Positions 51,311-60,549 of a stretch of 64,000 nucleotides of DNA are shown here, in pieces; within the stretch, counting starts at the first letter, position 1, and each line of letters starts with the position of its first letter. This DNA comes from Escherichia phage vB_EcoM_011D4. The DNA lies in sequence record MT478991.1; one strand, 5' to 3'. The translations under genes and the position numbers were made by a program. The notes under the pieces were generated by a model, which was given only the letters and a program-made list of their open reading frames with translations, searched no databases and had not been told where the DNA came from.

Positions 51311-51442
51311 TTATTTTGCTTCGACAACCTTGCGGATTGTGCGGTCTGATACATTATAGATTCGTGCCAGTTCGCCTTTAGTCAAGCCGCGAGCGTATTG
51401 TTTACGGATGGTTTCTTTCTGGATAGCGGTCAGTTTAGTCAT
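51311..51442 (-). CDS. mini helix-turn-helix protein (43 aa) resembling the rIIB N-terminus
   Basis: Hand translation MTKLTAIQKETIRKQYARGLTKGELARIYNVSDRTIRKVVEAK; RBS AAGAGGTGA. Confidence 0.4.
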   Translation of the reverse strand: MTKLTAIQKETIRKQYARGLTKGELARIYNVSDRTIRKVVEAK

Positions 51443-51453
51443 AATATCACCTC

Positions 51454-53562
51454 TTAAAATTTAACATTCTTAACCAGTTTCATAAAGTCTTGTGCGCGTT
51501 TGTCGTTATGCAGAATACGATACCAGTTATCTACAATATCATACAGTAACGGGCTATTCTCTTTAAACTTCGCACAAACTGCTTTAATTCGTTCGTTTGC
51601 TGCCGTGAATTTTTCATCACAGATCTTTTTAGTTTCTTCGTCCATAATCCAACGAGTACGAAGGAGTAACTTGGAAACCTCTTTATTATAATGACGACCG
51701 TACAGTCTGTCAATAAATTCTGGAACACAGCGTTCTAGTTCATCGTCATGAAACAACATAGTGATCACACCCAGATATTCGCCATACCCCAGATGATTGG
51801 TCTTAACCTTCTTAGCCAGACCAGCCAGCTTACCGCGAACAAATTCTAGCGCACATTCCAATTGTTCGTCAACGAGATATTTTTGTGTCTCGTTTCGAGT
51901 AATAATATACTTTGTTACCCCGAAGTAGTCAAGCGCCGTGTGTAATGTATCTTCATTATAGATCGATTGACGGCTACGGCTTTCGAATGCATCACCCACA
52001 CGGAACATATGCAAACCTGATAACTCGCGAATCTCTGCCGCTTTCATGTGATGGCTGGTTTTATGCCAACTGTCACCAATCTTTTCCATGATATACACGT
52101 TAGGCAGCTTGGGAGTAGCTTCACGTTGTGTACGCTCGGTCTTCTCCGGCTTAACTGCTTTAGCACGCAGATCATCGGCCTCTGATACCTTAATCACGGT
52201 CATTTCAGAATCATCATAATACTGTTTGATGTACTCGAAAGTCTCCATATGTTTTTCGTTGTTCTGACGGAACACCAGTACCTTTTTATTGATTCCGTAT
52301 TCCTGGACCATGCCGTTAAGAGTCAGTGCACGCAGTTTCGGTTTATCGGTATCATCAATAAGACACGTAATATCTTCTTTATGCATCCATACAAAATGCG
52401 TAATGTTGTATTGACTGCTAACGAAAGCAGGGCGCAATTTACTGATTGTGTGACGAGTACGATACAGAGTATACACCTGACCTTCTACGTCATTTGGCGA
52501 ATCTTTACCCGCATTCACAAACTTATTATAGATTGCTACCGGATCATCCCACTGCCCGATCTTACCCATCTTGCTAATAATATTGCGTTGAGTCGATGAA
52601 TACTCGCTCATAAATTGCGCAAGTTTACGCTCTGTTTTAATGTTGGCGATCTTCTCTTTAACCTTTTCCAACATCATTTCATTGATTTCTGCAATGCGTT
52701 TTTCGATGTTCGCTTTAGTATCAATTGACAAGTGAACTTCTTCACGCGATGGCATCAGGTCCAGATCACCCAACTCAAAATTAATGTAAATGGTCTGGTG
52801 CTGGCGGTTTACAGCTTCTAACCACGTTCCGCGAACATATTCATACGGGATCGGATACTGGATCTTACCCATGATTGCATATACTACATAGGAATCGTTA
52901 TCACGACCATTGCAAACATAATAATTATCAAAGCTAGGGAAATAATTAATTTCGATTGCATTGATATTAGGTTTGTGTTCCCCAAAATGACGAAGTACAA
53001 ATTGTGCTTCTCGATGCCATGTCTGAATGTCTTTTTCTTTCACCGGAATAGTGATTTTCAGACCATTGTCTTCATAGGTCGGTTCGTCGAAAATCTGCAC
53101 CATTTTCGGCATAGAGTTTTGCACAAATGCCGTAAAGCCATAAGCGCGACCATTGTAATAGTTTACGATTGTAAAGGTGTCAGTGTAGCTATAAGCAGAT
53201 TTCGCACCTAAACCAAAAGATCCGATATAATCATTAGTCTGGTCTTTTGTTGATTCAAAGTAAACCGTAAACAGTTGTTCTAATTCTTTCTTAGACGGAA
53301 TACCAGTACCATAATCACGCACAGAAAAATACGGTTCGATTGCAGTCGGTAAATGAATATCAAACGGACGATCTAAGGTTCCGGCTTCTTTGTGAGTGTC
53401 GGTAGCATTGCACGAATACTCACGGACGCAAGCACGTTCACAATATTGATAGGTATTCTTAGAAAGCACCATAAAAGCCTTGCTACTTGCTTTCAGTGAA
53501 AAATCAACCGCACCGCTCAAGTCACTGCCAAATACTTCTTCATTATCAATATGCATTTTCAT
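51454..53562 (-). CDS. rIIA: rIIA protein (GHKL ATPase-like)
   Basis: 702 aa; DYGTGIP, GSFGLGAKSAYSYTDTFTI match recalled T4 rIIA ATPase region. Confidence 0.85.
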   Translation of the reverse strand: MKMHIDNEEVFGSDLSGAVDFSLKASSKAFMVLSKNTYQYCERACVREYSCNATDTHKEAGTLDRPFDIHLPTAIEPYFSVRDYGTGIPSKKELEQLFTVYFESTKDQTNDYIGSFGLGAKSAYSYTDTFTIVNYYNGRAYGFTAFVQNSMPKMVQIFDEPTYEDNGLKITIPVKEKDIQTWHREAQFVLRHFGEHKPNINAIEINYFPSFDNYYVCNGRDNDSYVVYAIMGKIQYPIPYEYVRGTWLEAVNRQHQTIYINFELGDLDLMPSREEVHLSIDTKANIEKRIAEINEMMLEKVKEKIANIKTERKLAQFMSEYSSTQRNIISKMGKIGQWDDPVAIYNKFVNAGKDSPNDVEGQVYTLYRTRHTISKLRPAFVSSQYNITHFVWMHKEDITCLIDDTDKPKLRALTLNGMVQEYGINKKVLVFRQNNEKHMETFEYIKQYYDDSEMTVIKVSEADDLRAKAVKPEKTERTQREATPKLPNVYIMEKIGDSWHKTSHHMKAAEIRELSGLHMFRVGDAFESRSRQSIYNEDTLHTALDYFGVTKYIITRNETQKYLVDEQLECALEFVRGKLAGLAKKVKTNHLGYGEYLGVITMLFHDDELERCVPEFIDRLYGRHYNKEVSKLLLRTRWIMDEETKKICDEKFTAANERIKAVCAKFKENSPLLYDIVDNWYRILHNDKRAQDFMKLVKNVKF

Positions 53563-53576
53563 AATATAATACTCAC

Positions 53577-53834
53577 TTAATTAAAATCTTCTTTGTCCAT
53601 CTCTGCGTAGATTACATCCCACGCCCATAAATCAATAAACGCATTATATGTCACGGTGCAATCGTTGTCAATCACTTCTTTCGCATATTTCTTGATGTTT
53701 TCGTAGGAAACTTGCGGATCAATTTTGTGTTTACGAAGATGCGCATATTCATACCTCAAACACTCCATAAACAGGTCCATCGATTTCTTTTCTCGATGAC
53801 ACTTGGCGATCAGAAAATCAAAACTTCGACTCAT
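53577..53834 (-). CDS. hypothetical protein (85 aa)
   Basis: ORF. Confidence 0.5.
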   Translation of the reverse strand: MSRSFDFLIAKCHREKKSMDLFMECLRYEYAHLRKHKIDPQVSYENIKKYAKEVIDNDCTVTYNAFIDLWAWDVIYAEMDKEDFN

Positions 53835-53844
53835 TTTCTACTCC

Positions 53845-54039
53845 TTATACATTTTCAATCACCCATTGCAGATGGGCTTCTGCGTCAACCAGTTCAGCGC
53901 GGCTTTTCTCTAAGCACTTGCTGTATTCTTTACGTTCCCAATCAGCAATTTCGTTTTTCAAGACTTCTTCATAGTAAGCAATTACGCCTTTCAGATCGGA
54001 AACTCTACGGCTTGCCAGTTCGATGTAATGGTTACGCAT
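53845..54039 (-). CDS. hypothetical protein (64 aa)
   Basis: ORF. Confidence 0.45.
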   Translation of the reverse strand: MRNHYIELASRRVSDLKGVIAYYEEVLKNEIADWERKEYSKCLEKSRAELVDAEAHLQWVIENV

Positions 54040-54226
54040 TTTGATTCTCCTTTGTTACTAGATAACGAATTTGGTCTTGCATTGCGATCAGTTCCCAGCG
54101 TGCTACTTTCATCATGGAAACTGACTCTTTGAACATAATATTAGCTTTTTCCTTCTCCCCTGTCAAGTAGATTTCTGCAATTTTTTCACAAAATTTTTGA
54201 GTTTCTTCATTCTTAAACGGTTTCAT
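54032..54226 (-). CDS. hypothetical protein (64 aa)
   Basis: Start moved to ATG (track start is TTG); promoter cassette upstream. Confidence 0.45.
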   Translation of the reverse strand: MKPFKNEETQKFCEKIAEIYLTGEKEKANIMFKESVSMMKVARWELIAMQDQIRYLVTKENQNA

Positions 54227-54256
54227 ATAAGTCAACCTTTTGTTTTCGATGGGGAC

Positions 54257-54285
54257 ATTATGATATATCCCCTATCTGGTGTCAA
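54257..54285 (-). promoter_or_regulatory. early promoter cassette
   Basis: TTGACA-17-CATAAT. Confidence 0.5.
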
Positions 54286-54293
54286 CAACTTTT

Positions 54294-54593
54294 TTAATCT
54301 TTTTTCAGTGCGTCCATTACTCGCTCTGCGATCAGTTCTCGTAAGCACTGATAACCATGATATTTGATGGCAATGTCACGCAGATCATTAACCAGTTCTC
54401 GCACTTCATGGTCTTTCAGATCGTCTCTGTATTTCGATTTAACCGTGTCTTTAGGTGGATTGCGGATAACCTGAAAACCTTGTTCTGCAATCACTGCGGC
54501 TTCTCGCTGGCGTTCATGTTGTACGGTGTTTTTGATCAGGTCCGCTTCCATGAACTTTGCCATGCTCATCATCATGTTATTCTTTTTGCTCAT
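54294..54593 (-). CDS. hypothetical protein (99 aa)
   Basis: Start moved to ATG at 54593; hairpin-containing promoter upstream. Confidence 0.5.
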   Translation of the reverse strand: MSKKNNMMMSMAKFMEADLIKNTVQHERQREAAVIAEQGFQVIRNPPKDTVKSKYRDDLKDHEVRELVNDLRDIAIKYHGYQCLRELIAERVMDALKKD

Positions 54594-54627
54594 TATTAAA
54601 TCCTCATAAAAGAAAAGGGAGACTCCC

Positions 54628-54655
54628 ATTATAGAGAATCTCCCTTTTATGTCAA
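54628..54655 (-). promoter_or_regulatory. early promoter overlapping a 10-bp-stem hairpin that could also terminate gene 39 transcripts
   Basis: TTGACA-16-TATAAT; AAAAGGGAGA ... TCTCCCTTTT inverted repeat then T-run. Confidence 0.45.
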
Positions 54656-54658
54656 GTG

Positions 54659-56482
54659 TTATGATTGCATCCAAATTTTGCGCTGATCTGCATCTTCACT
54701 ATAGAGCAAATCGAATAGCTCTTTATAGTTTTCCGGCAACGTGATGATTTCCATTACAGGATCGTTGATCACGCGATGATAATCTGATTCTGTAAGCGAT
54801 GCTAACCCTTTGATATATCGAATGCTATAACCTTTGATATTATCTCGGTCGTTCTCAAAATCTTCTAGGTCATAATACCATCGAACATCATTACCTTTCT
54901 TTTGTTCCGCAATGATAATAGGTGTTTTGATAAACCGGATTCGTCCATCTTCGAACAATTCAGGCCAACGAGCAAAGAAAGAAATCAGACTAGGTTTAAT
55001 AGACCCGATCCCGTCAGTATCAGCGTCTGTCATAATCGCAATATTTTTGTATTGCATAACTTCCAGCGCATCAACACCAAATTGCAAACCAGTGATCGCC
55101 ATGATGTTAAAAATTTCGGCGTTCTTAACGATCTTTGCCTCTGGTTGTTCCCACGTTGTAAGAGTTTTACCTCGCAACGGGAAACCGCCATGTAAATCTT
55201 GATCACGTACAGAGATCAGATAGTTGATCGCGGAATCACCTTCCGTCAAAAACAGGGTAGTTTCTGCGTCAGTTCCAATAAGGTTAGCTTTAACGTGTTT
55301 TGCTACCTTAGCCCGTTTTGCTGCCTTTGCTGCCTTAGTCGCTGCCGCTTTATCTGCTGCCTCTTTGCGTGCCAGGACTACAGCAATAATAGGCATGATA
55401 ATGTTTTCTTTCTTCGCAATGACTTTAGCCAGCTTTTTAAAATCAAGATCAATATGACGCTTGATATCACCAGTTGGATTAGTCAATCGTTCTTTTGTCT
55501 GTGAATCAAAACGGAGGTTTGGCAATTCACGAACAATAAGAATACAGGTCAATCCAGACTTAACCGCAGCTTTAGTAACATCAACCTTATATTCTTTCTT
55601 GATTCGTTTTACAATCTCTTCACAAAGATCATCTGTCACGTAGTCTACGTGTGTTCCCCCGTTTTTGGTAAACAGACCATTAGCAAATGATACTGATTTA
55701 AAACCTTCACCTTCAACCGCAGGAACTAGGGCAAGTGAAAAGTTTTTATCTTCAATGACAAACGGATCATCATTGTATAGTTTAGCATAATCCTTGAACT
55801 TACTAACAATACGTTTACCATTAAACTTAAACGTGATCTTAGGAAATATTACGCTCAATGATTGCAGACGATCATGAACAATATCTAAAACAGAGTTGTC
55901 CATCATATAACCTTCGAAGTGGTCGAAGTCTGGGCAAAATGTAACCTTTGTTCCCTTCAATTTTGATGGTTTCGATGACCATGTGATATTTTCAGCACCG
56001 TTTGTACATTGAACGGTCATTTCTGTTTCGCCGTCACAGGTCACACCAGTAAACCAATCGCTAAAGAAATTTGACAACGACGACCCCACACCGTTCATCC
56101 CTTGCGTTAGTCGATTTGTATCATCAAAGTTAGACCCTGCTTTTGTTCGTGTCCATGCGGCTACAGGTTGCGGAATCTGCGTGCCCTCTGGGGTAGTAAC
56201 CATATGTTGAGGAATACCGCGACCATTGTCTGTTACCGTAACAATATTGTTTTGGATATCGACGCTAATCACATTGGCAAATTCAAAGTTAGTGCGGATC
56301 GCCTCGTCTACAGAGTTGTCGATGATCTCATCAATGATTTTAACCAGTCCTGGAACATATGAAATTTTTGTCCATTTACCGAACAGGAAACGTTGATGTT
56401 CTTCGTAAGTTGTTGATCCTATATACATTCCTGCACGCTTAAGGACATGTTCACGATCAGATAAAATGCGAAACTCACTCAT
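54659..56482 (-). CDS. 39: DNA topoisomerase II large subunit (GyrB-like), single ORF covering T4 39 plus 60
   Basis: 607 aa; GHKL ATPase and Toprim regions; C-terminal part in-frame with no bypass element. Confidence 0.85.
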   Translation of the reverse strand: MSEFRILSDREHVLKRAGMYIGSTTYEEHQRFLFGKWTKISYVPGLVKIIDEIIDNSVDEAIRTNFEFANVISVDIQNNIVTVTDNGRGIPQHMVTTPEGTQIPQPVAAWTRTKAGSNFDDTNRLTQGMNGVGSSLSNFFSDWFTGVTCDGETEMTVQCTNGAENITWSSKPSKLKGTKVTFCPDFDHFEGYMMDNSVLDIVHDRLQSLSVIFPKITFKFNGKRIVSKFKDYAKLYNDDPFVIEDKNFSLALVPAVEGEGFKSVSFANGLFTKNGGTHVDYVTDDLCEEIVKRIKKEYKVDVTKAAVKSGLTCILIVRELPNLRFDSQTKERLTNPTGDIKRHIDLDFKKLAKVIAKKENIIMPIIAVVLARKEAADKAAATKAAKAAKRAKVAKHVKANLIGTDAETTLFLTEGDSAINYLISVRDQDLHGGFPLRGKTLTTWEQPEAKIVKNAEIFNIMAITGLQFGVDALEVMQYKNIAIMTDADTDGIGSIKPSLISFFARWPELFEDGRIRFIKTPIIIAEQKKGNDVRWYYDLEDFENDRDNIKGYSIRYIKGLASLTESDYHRVINDPVMEIITLPENYKELFDLLYSEDADQRKIWMQS

Positions 56483-56585
56483 TATTAAACCTCTTCATAA
56501 CATAACCATAACTTACTGCAACCGCCACAAAGACGGCTGCAACAATCATATTAAAAATTGAGTGATTGTCAAGTATATGACTCAT
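56475..56585 (-). CDS. hydrophobic micro-protein (36 aa)
   Basis: Hand translation MSHILDNHSIFNMIVAAVFVAVAVSYGYVMKRFNNE; ATGA coupling to upstream gene; overlaps gp39 start. Confidence 0.3.
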   Translation of the reverse strand: MSHILDNHSIFNMIVAAVFVAVAVSYGYVMKRFNNE

Positions 56586-56755
56586 GATACGCGCACATTT
56601 TTATCATAGTACCCGCCATTAATCCCGCGCGGGGCAGTCAATCCCTGTTTGCATTCTTTACCACATTCAGGGCATTCTGCCTTTTCACGCTCGGAAATTT
56701 TGCGGATTTTCTGAAATTGACCGTGTTCTTCACAAGAATAATCGTATAATGGCAT
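56582..56755 (-). CDS. FmdB-family zinc-ribbon protein (57 aa)
   Basis: MPLYDYSCEEHGQFQ...CPECGK pattern; start moved to ATG at 56755 (RBS AAGGGGATAAT). Confidence 0.45.
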   Translation of the reverse strand: MPLYDYSCEEHGQFQKIRKISEREKAECPECGKECKQGLTAPRGINGGYYDKNVRVS

Positions 56756-56756
56756 A

Positions 56757-57425
56757 TTATCCCCTTTGTTTCTTAACTGAATTTGGATCTGGATTTTCTG
56801 GTAGGTCTTCCAGACCCATAGCATAACGTTGTGCATAGATTAGCATAAGAATATCGCGAGCGCAATCATGAATTGCATCATGTGCGATAAAACCATCTAG
56901 CGTACCCATTGGTAACGGACACTCACACATCCCGCGATGCATCAATGTACGCTCAATGGCGGTGCGAACATCTCGGATATTCCAGAATCGCACAGGTTCA
57001 AGGCTGAACGTCTCTCGTGTATTGTGTGCACGGCGGATCATATCAACTAGCAACGGAATATCAAACGCATTACCGCGTGACCACATTACTGATTTAACCG
57101 GATCTACTCCTACGGCTTCACAGAATGCGTTAAAACGAGCTAAACCTTCTTTAGTTGATACTTCCGTACCATTTGTGATTAATTGCTTTCTCATGCCTTC
57201 TGAGGCGGTATTCTTCCACCATTCAACCACACCATGATCAAACACCCTTACACCTTTCTGGGAAGGAATATCAAATTTTACCAGAAAGGAATTGTCAACC
57301 AGTTCTTTAAATGTAGGTGGATTGTGCGGATCTTCTTTAAATCCGATTGCCGCCATATTGATCACCGCCCCATCAGGCGGATAACCTAAACTTTCAAAGT
57401 CAATCATTAAATCCACTGGAAGCAT
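56757..57425 (-). CDS. dexA: exonuclease A
   Basis: DFESLG, FDHGVVEWWKN, FDIPLLVDMIR, CPLPMGTLDGFIAHDAIHDCA, RYAMGLEDLP match recalled T4 DexA; start moved to ATG at 57425. Confidence 0.85.
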   Translation of the reverse strand: MLPVDLMIDFESLGYPPDGAVINMAAIGFKEDPHNPPTFKELVDNSFLVKFDIPSQKGVRVFDHGVVEWWKNTASEGMRKQLITNGTEVSTKEGLARFNAFCEAVGVDPVKSVMWSRGNAFDIPLLVDMIRRAHNTRETFSLEPVRFWNIRDVRTAIERTLMHRGMCECPLPMGTLDGFIAHDAIHDCARDILMLIYAQRYAMGLEDLPENPDPNSVKKQRG

Positions 57426-57426
57426 T

Positions 57427-57669
57427 TTAAATATCCTCCGCGATGTGCCGGAATAACTCCAGATCATTTTTATCAAGAATGAAACCGCTACAATCAATAA
57501 TTCCTTTACCGTAATTATCGGTTAACAGTCGGTCCGTTGCCATGTATTCGCGTACTTTGTTGTTAAAATTCATTACATGTTGTGCATAGTCACAATGAAT
57601 CTTTTGACGGTTCCACGCGACAATTGATTGTAGATGTATTACATTAGCCATATCATTAATAACAACCAT
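57427..57669 (-). CDS. hypothetical protein (80 aa)
   Basis: ORF downstream of dexA. Confidence 0.45.
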   Translation of the reverse strand: MVVINDMANVIHLQSIVAWNRQKIHCDYAQHVMNFNNKVREYMATDRLLTDNYGKGIIDCSGFILDKNDLELFRHIAEDI

Positions 57670-57683
57670 ATCAAAAACCTCGC

Positions 57684-57848
57684 TTAGTGGAATGTTCTGG
57701 CATTTTTATTGATACATTCAGCTTGGTAGTCACGAGATTTTTTTGACGAATTAAGAGCTACAGCCAAAAAATCCTGTAACTGCTCGTTTGTCATTTTTGG
57801 CTTACGACGCGTATCTAAACTCTTCGTTCTTCTAACTTCATTAGCCAT
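57684..57848 (-). CDS. hypothetical small protein (54 aa), below ORF-track cutoff
   Basis: Hand translation MANEVRRTKSLDTRRKPKMTNEQLQDFLAVALNSSKKSRDYQAECINKNARTFH. Confidence 0.4.
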   Translation of the reverse strand: MANEVRRTKSLDTRRKPKMTNEQLQDFLAVALNSSKKSRDYQAECINKNARTFH

Positions 57849-57849
57849 A

Positions 57850-58017
57850 TCAAAAACCTCGCTTAGTGAAATGCTCGATCATTTTATTGATACATGCAGC
57901 TTCACTATCGCCGGACACGTTCCAGCCGTATAGACCCCATCTAAAGCACATGGTAACAGTTCCATTGTGACGGCTTACCGTCACATCATTAAATTCTGGG
58001 ATACTTCGCATAATCAT
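57850..58017 (-). CDS. hypothetical small protein (55 aa), below ORF-track cutoff
   Basis: Hand translation MIMRSIPEFNDVTVSRHNGTVTMCFRWGLYGWNVSGDSEAACINKMIEHFTKRGF; RBS GAGGAAATTATT. Confidence 0.4.
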   Translation of the reverse strand: MIMRSIPEFNDVTVSRHNGTVTMCFRWGLYGWNVSGDSEAACINKMIEHFTKRGF

Positions 58018-58027
58018 AATAATTTCC

Positions 58028-59419
58028 TCAAATATAGTCTACTCGATACCGCGCACGGGTAACACCCACATATAATAACTGCATTGCCAATTCAAAGTCA
58101 ACATTGTCTGTACACATACAAGGAGTATACAGGAACACGCGGTCTACGCTGATCCCTTGTGACTTATGAATGGTGCAAGCTGGTAATGCTTTTACATTCA
58201 AGAACATACGTTTCATCGTCCAGAAGGAATCCCAATCTGGTTTAAATTTTGGATTCTCTTTCTTCATTTCGCGATATTGTCCGGCGACCGTATTCAGATA
58301 GATAGAGAAAATGTTCTTCTGACGTTGTTCTGTCAGAATGTTGATTTCTACTAAATCCGGTTTATCTGTAGTGATTCCGACTGCATCTAAACCGACTTTC
58401 TGATTTAGGATTTCTTTGTCTTCGTCATCATCGACGCTTTCCACTTTCAGAGTATAGCCTAAAACTGGTTGCGGATCTACCCCCGTGCAACGTAATGTAA
58501 ATTCACGCGGTATAACCTCTTTAACCCGGATCATCTCACCATTGTTAAAAATAACATTGGGAATTTTCTTCCCGCGTTCATCTCGCAGATATTCGATCAA
58601 CGGTTCCTGAGTAACCAGAATTTCATCTACAATCACTGGTTCATCGGTGTTATAAACGCGCTTGCGCACAATTTCATTGAGTTTTTCGACGCTCTTGTTA
58701 GTGTAAGCCAGAATACGGTTTTCTAGAAGGTCTTCCGGCGTTTTAACGGTTTCGAAATAATGCTTCATAAACTCCGGCAGAGTTGAGCTATGGAATACAC
58801 CCTCGTTACCGCACTGCTTTTCGAATACCCATTTACCGTTACGGACAGCGGTCGCCACATCAATGATCGGTGCATTAGATCGTTTAATTTCTGTCAACTC
58901 CACGTTTTGAAAATTTTCATCCGTGAAGAAAGGAGAAATTGACGTTGCACCGCTCGGATCAACTGGTCGTAACTGGTGCGGATCGCCAACTGCAATAACA
59001 ACAATTCGACCGTTGATACTCTTCATGAGAATATCAAATAGTTTCTTATCGACCATACTCGCTTCATCAACAATGATGATCTGAACATCATCTAGCTTAG
59101 GAGTATCTTTTTGCTCAAATACTTGAGTATCTTCATAGTTGGTCGGGTTTAGTCGCAGTAGTGCATGTAAAGTAAATGCTTGACGACCTACCGCTTTACT
59201 CAAAACTTTTTTAGCCTGGTGGGTAGGCGTTGCCAAAACCACACCAGTTACACCACGGCGGACCATTTCCTGAACAATGAATTTCATCATTGCGGTTTTA
59301 CCAGTACCCGCCGCACCACGGACAGTTGTATGCTTCTTTTGTTCAATGCGTTTCATTAGAACATCAAAAGCATGTTTTTGCCCGTCTGTTAACATATCGA
59401 AAGTTAATACTCTGCTCAT
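58028..59419 (-). CDS. dda: Dda DNA helicase (SF1B)
   Basis: GAAGTGKT Walker A, PTHQAKK, VDEASM, RSNAPIIDVATAVRNGKW, LYVGVTR match recalled T4 Dda. Confidence 0.88.
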   Translation of the reverse strand: MSRVLTFDMLTDGQKHAFDVLMKRIEQKKHTTVRGAAGTGKTAMMKFIVQEMVRRGVTGVVLATPTHQAKKVLSKAVGRQAFTLHALLRLNPTNYEDTQVFEQKDTPKLDDVQIIIVDEASMVDKKLFDILMKSINGRIVVIAVGDPHQLRPVDPSGATSISPFFTDENFQNVELTEIKRSNAPIIDVATAVRNGKWVFEKQCGNEGVFHSSTLPEFMKHYFETVKTPEDLLENRILAYTNKSVEKLNEIVRKRVYNTDEPVIVDEILVTQEPLIEYLRDERGKKIPNVIFNNGEMIRVKEVIPREFTLRCTGVDPQPVLGYTLKVESVDDDEDKEILNQKVGLDAVGITTDKPDLVEINILTEQRQKNIFSIYLNTVAGQYREMKKENPKFKPDWDSFWTMKRMFLNVKALPACTIHKSQGISVDRVFLYTPCMCTDNVDFELAMQLLYVGVTRARYRVDYI

Positions 59420-59733
59420 TATCCTAAAATCCTCACCTTGCGAACACAGATAGTATTGAGTTCTCGCCGTACCCGTTCTTTTTCATATTCAGGAATTTTA
59501 TATTCGATACCATCCCGAACAATTTCAGAAGACCGGATTATGCCAAATTTTCGTTTAGGTACAACCTTGTATTTCGGTTCACCCGCCAATAGACTCTCAC
59601 AATAATCTATCTGATCACACATTGACGCTAACGCAGCATCATGTGTTTCGCAAGTTAGGACGCGACCCTTCGCGTCCACTGAGTATTGAAAGAATCCGTC
59701 TTTATCACGATAACATACAGCAAATACATGCAT
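59419..59733 (-). CDS. hypothetical protein (104 aa)
   Basis: ORF coupled to dda. Confidence 0.5.
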   Translation of the reverse strand: MHVFAVCYRDKDGFFQYSVDAKGRVLTCETHDAALASMCDQIDYCESLLAGEPKYKVVPKRKFGIIRSSEIVRDGIEYKIPEYEKERVRRELNTICVRKVRILG

Positions 59734-60488
59734 TATAAACCTACCTTCGCTTTCATCAATTCAATCCACGACGCATCAATCGGAAGCCCGTATTTCACGC
59801 GTTCTTTTTGTGCTGGCGTTAAGTTCTCATACTTAGAAAGAGATTCAATCAAAACGCTGGTATATTTTAGCACGATTTCGGTATTGTTTGCAATAGCCTT
59901 AAGTTTTTCCTCTTTCTTGTTGATTTCGCTAAGGGCTTGCTTGAGATCTGCAATTTTCTGATAACGTTCTTCCATACGGAAGAGAGTATTTTTAATCGCT
60001 CGCTCGGCTGCCTCTGCTTTCTCCGGTTCGTTGTGCTTTTTATGGCGCTCGATTGCTAATTTCTTTTCTTCGATTGCCATTTCCTGATTTTTGATGCGAT
60101 TCTCGTTAAGTTCGATCCACTCGATGTACTTCGCACGTAGGGCAATTTCATCATCAGAAAGTTTACCGTTAGTTCCTAGTTCCTGGATCTCTTTAAGAGA
60201 TTCGATAGTGTGATTGCCACGGAAAGAATTGTATTTCAGTTTAACCGGAATTACATTGCCATCAACATATCCCAGATTGCAATCAATGCGCTCTAAGGAG
60301 AGTCCGTCATCACCTTCACCGAAAGCCTCACCTGAATATGCGCAATGAGTCTGACGGTAAATGTTACGCACAGTGACTAAGCTCATAGAGAAGTCTTTGT
60401 TGCGACGTGAAGCGCCAGCCATGATAGAGTTCAGACGGAAAACAACCAGCGCCAATTCTTCGTTAGATTTAAAAGCAAACAGTTTCAT
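59733..60488 (-). CDS. hypothetical protein with coiled-coil C-terminal half (251 aa)
   Basis: Promoter cassette upstream; KE-rich helical C-terminus. Confidence 0.5.
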   Translation of the reverse strand: MKLFAFKSNEELALVVFRLNSIMAGASRRNKDFSMSLVTVRNIYRQTHCAYSGEAFGEGDDGLSLERIDCNLGYVDGNVIPVKLKYNSFRGNHTIESLKEIQELGTNGKLSDDEIALRAKYIEWIELNENRIKNQEMAIEEKKLAIERHKKHNEPEKAEAAERAIKNTLFRMEERYQKIADLKQALSEINKKEEKLKAIANNTEIVLKYTSVLIESLSKYENLTPAQKERVKYGLPIDASWIELMKAKVGL

Positions 60489-60517
60489 AATTGATTCTCC
60501 TTAGTTGGTATGTGTGT

Positions 60518-60546
60518 ATTATTGTCTATCTGGTTTGTGCTGTCAA
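60518..60546 (-). promoter_or_regulatory. early promoter cassette
   Basis: TTGACA-17-AATAAT. Confidence 0.45.
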
Positions 60547-60549
60547 CAC

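Noticed and set aside
54294-54659. Separate gene 60 with translational bypass as in T4
   Set aside because: The topoisomerase large subunit is a single 607-aa ORF; the ORFs downstream are unrelated small proteins
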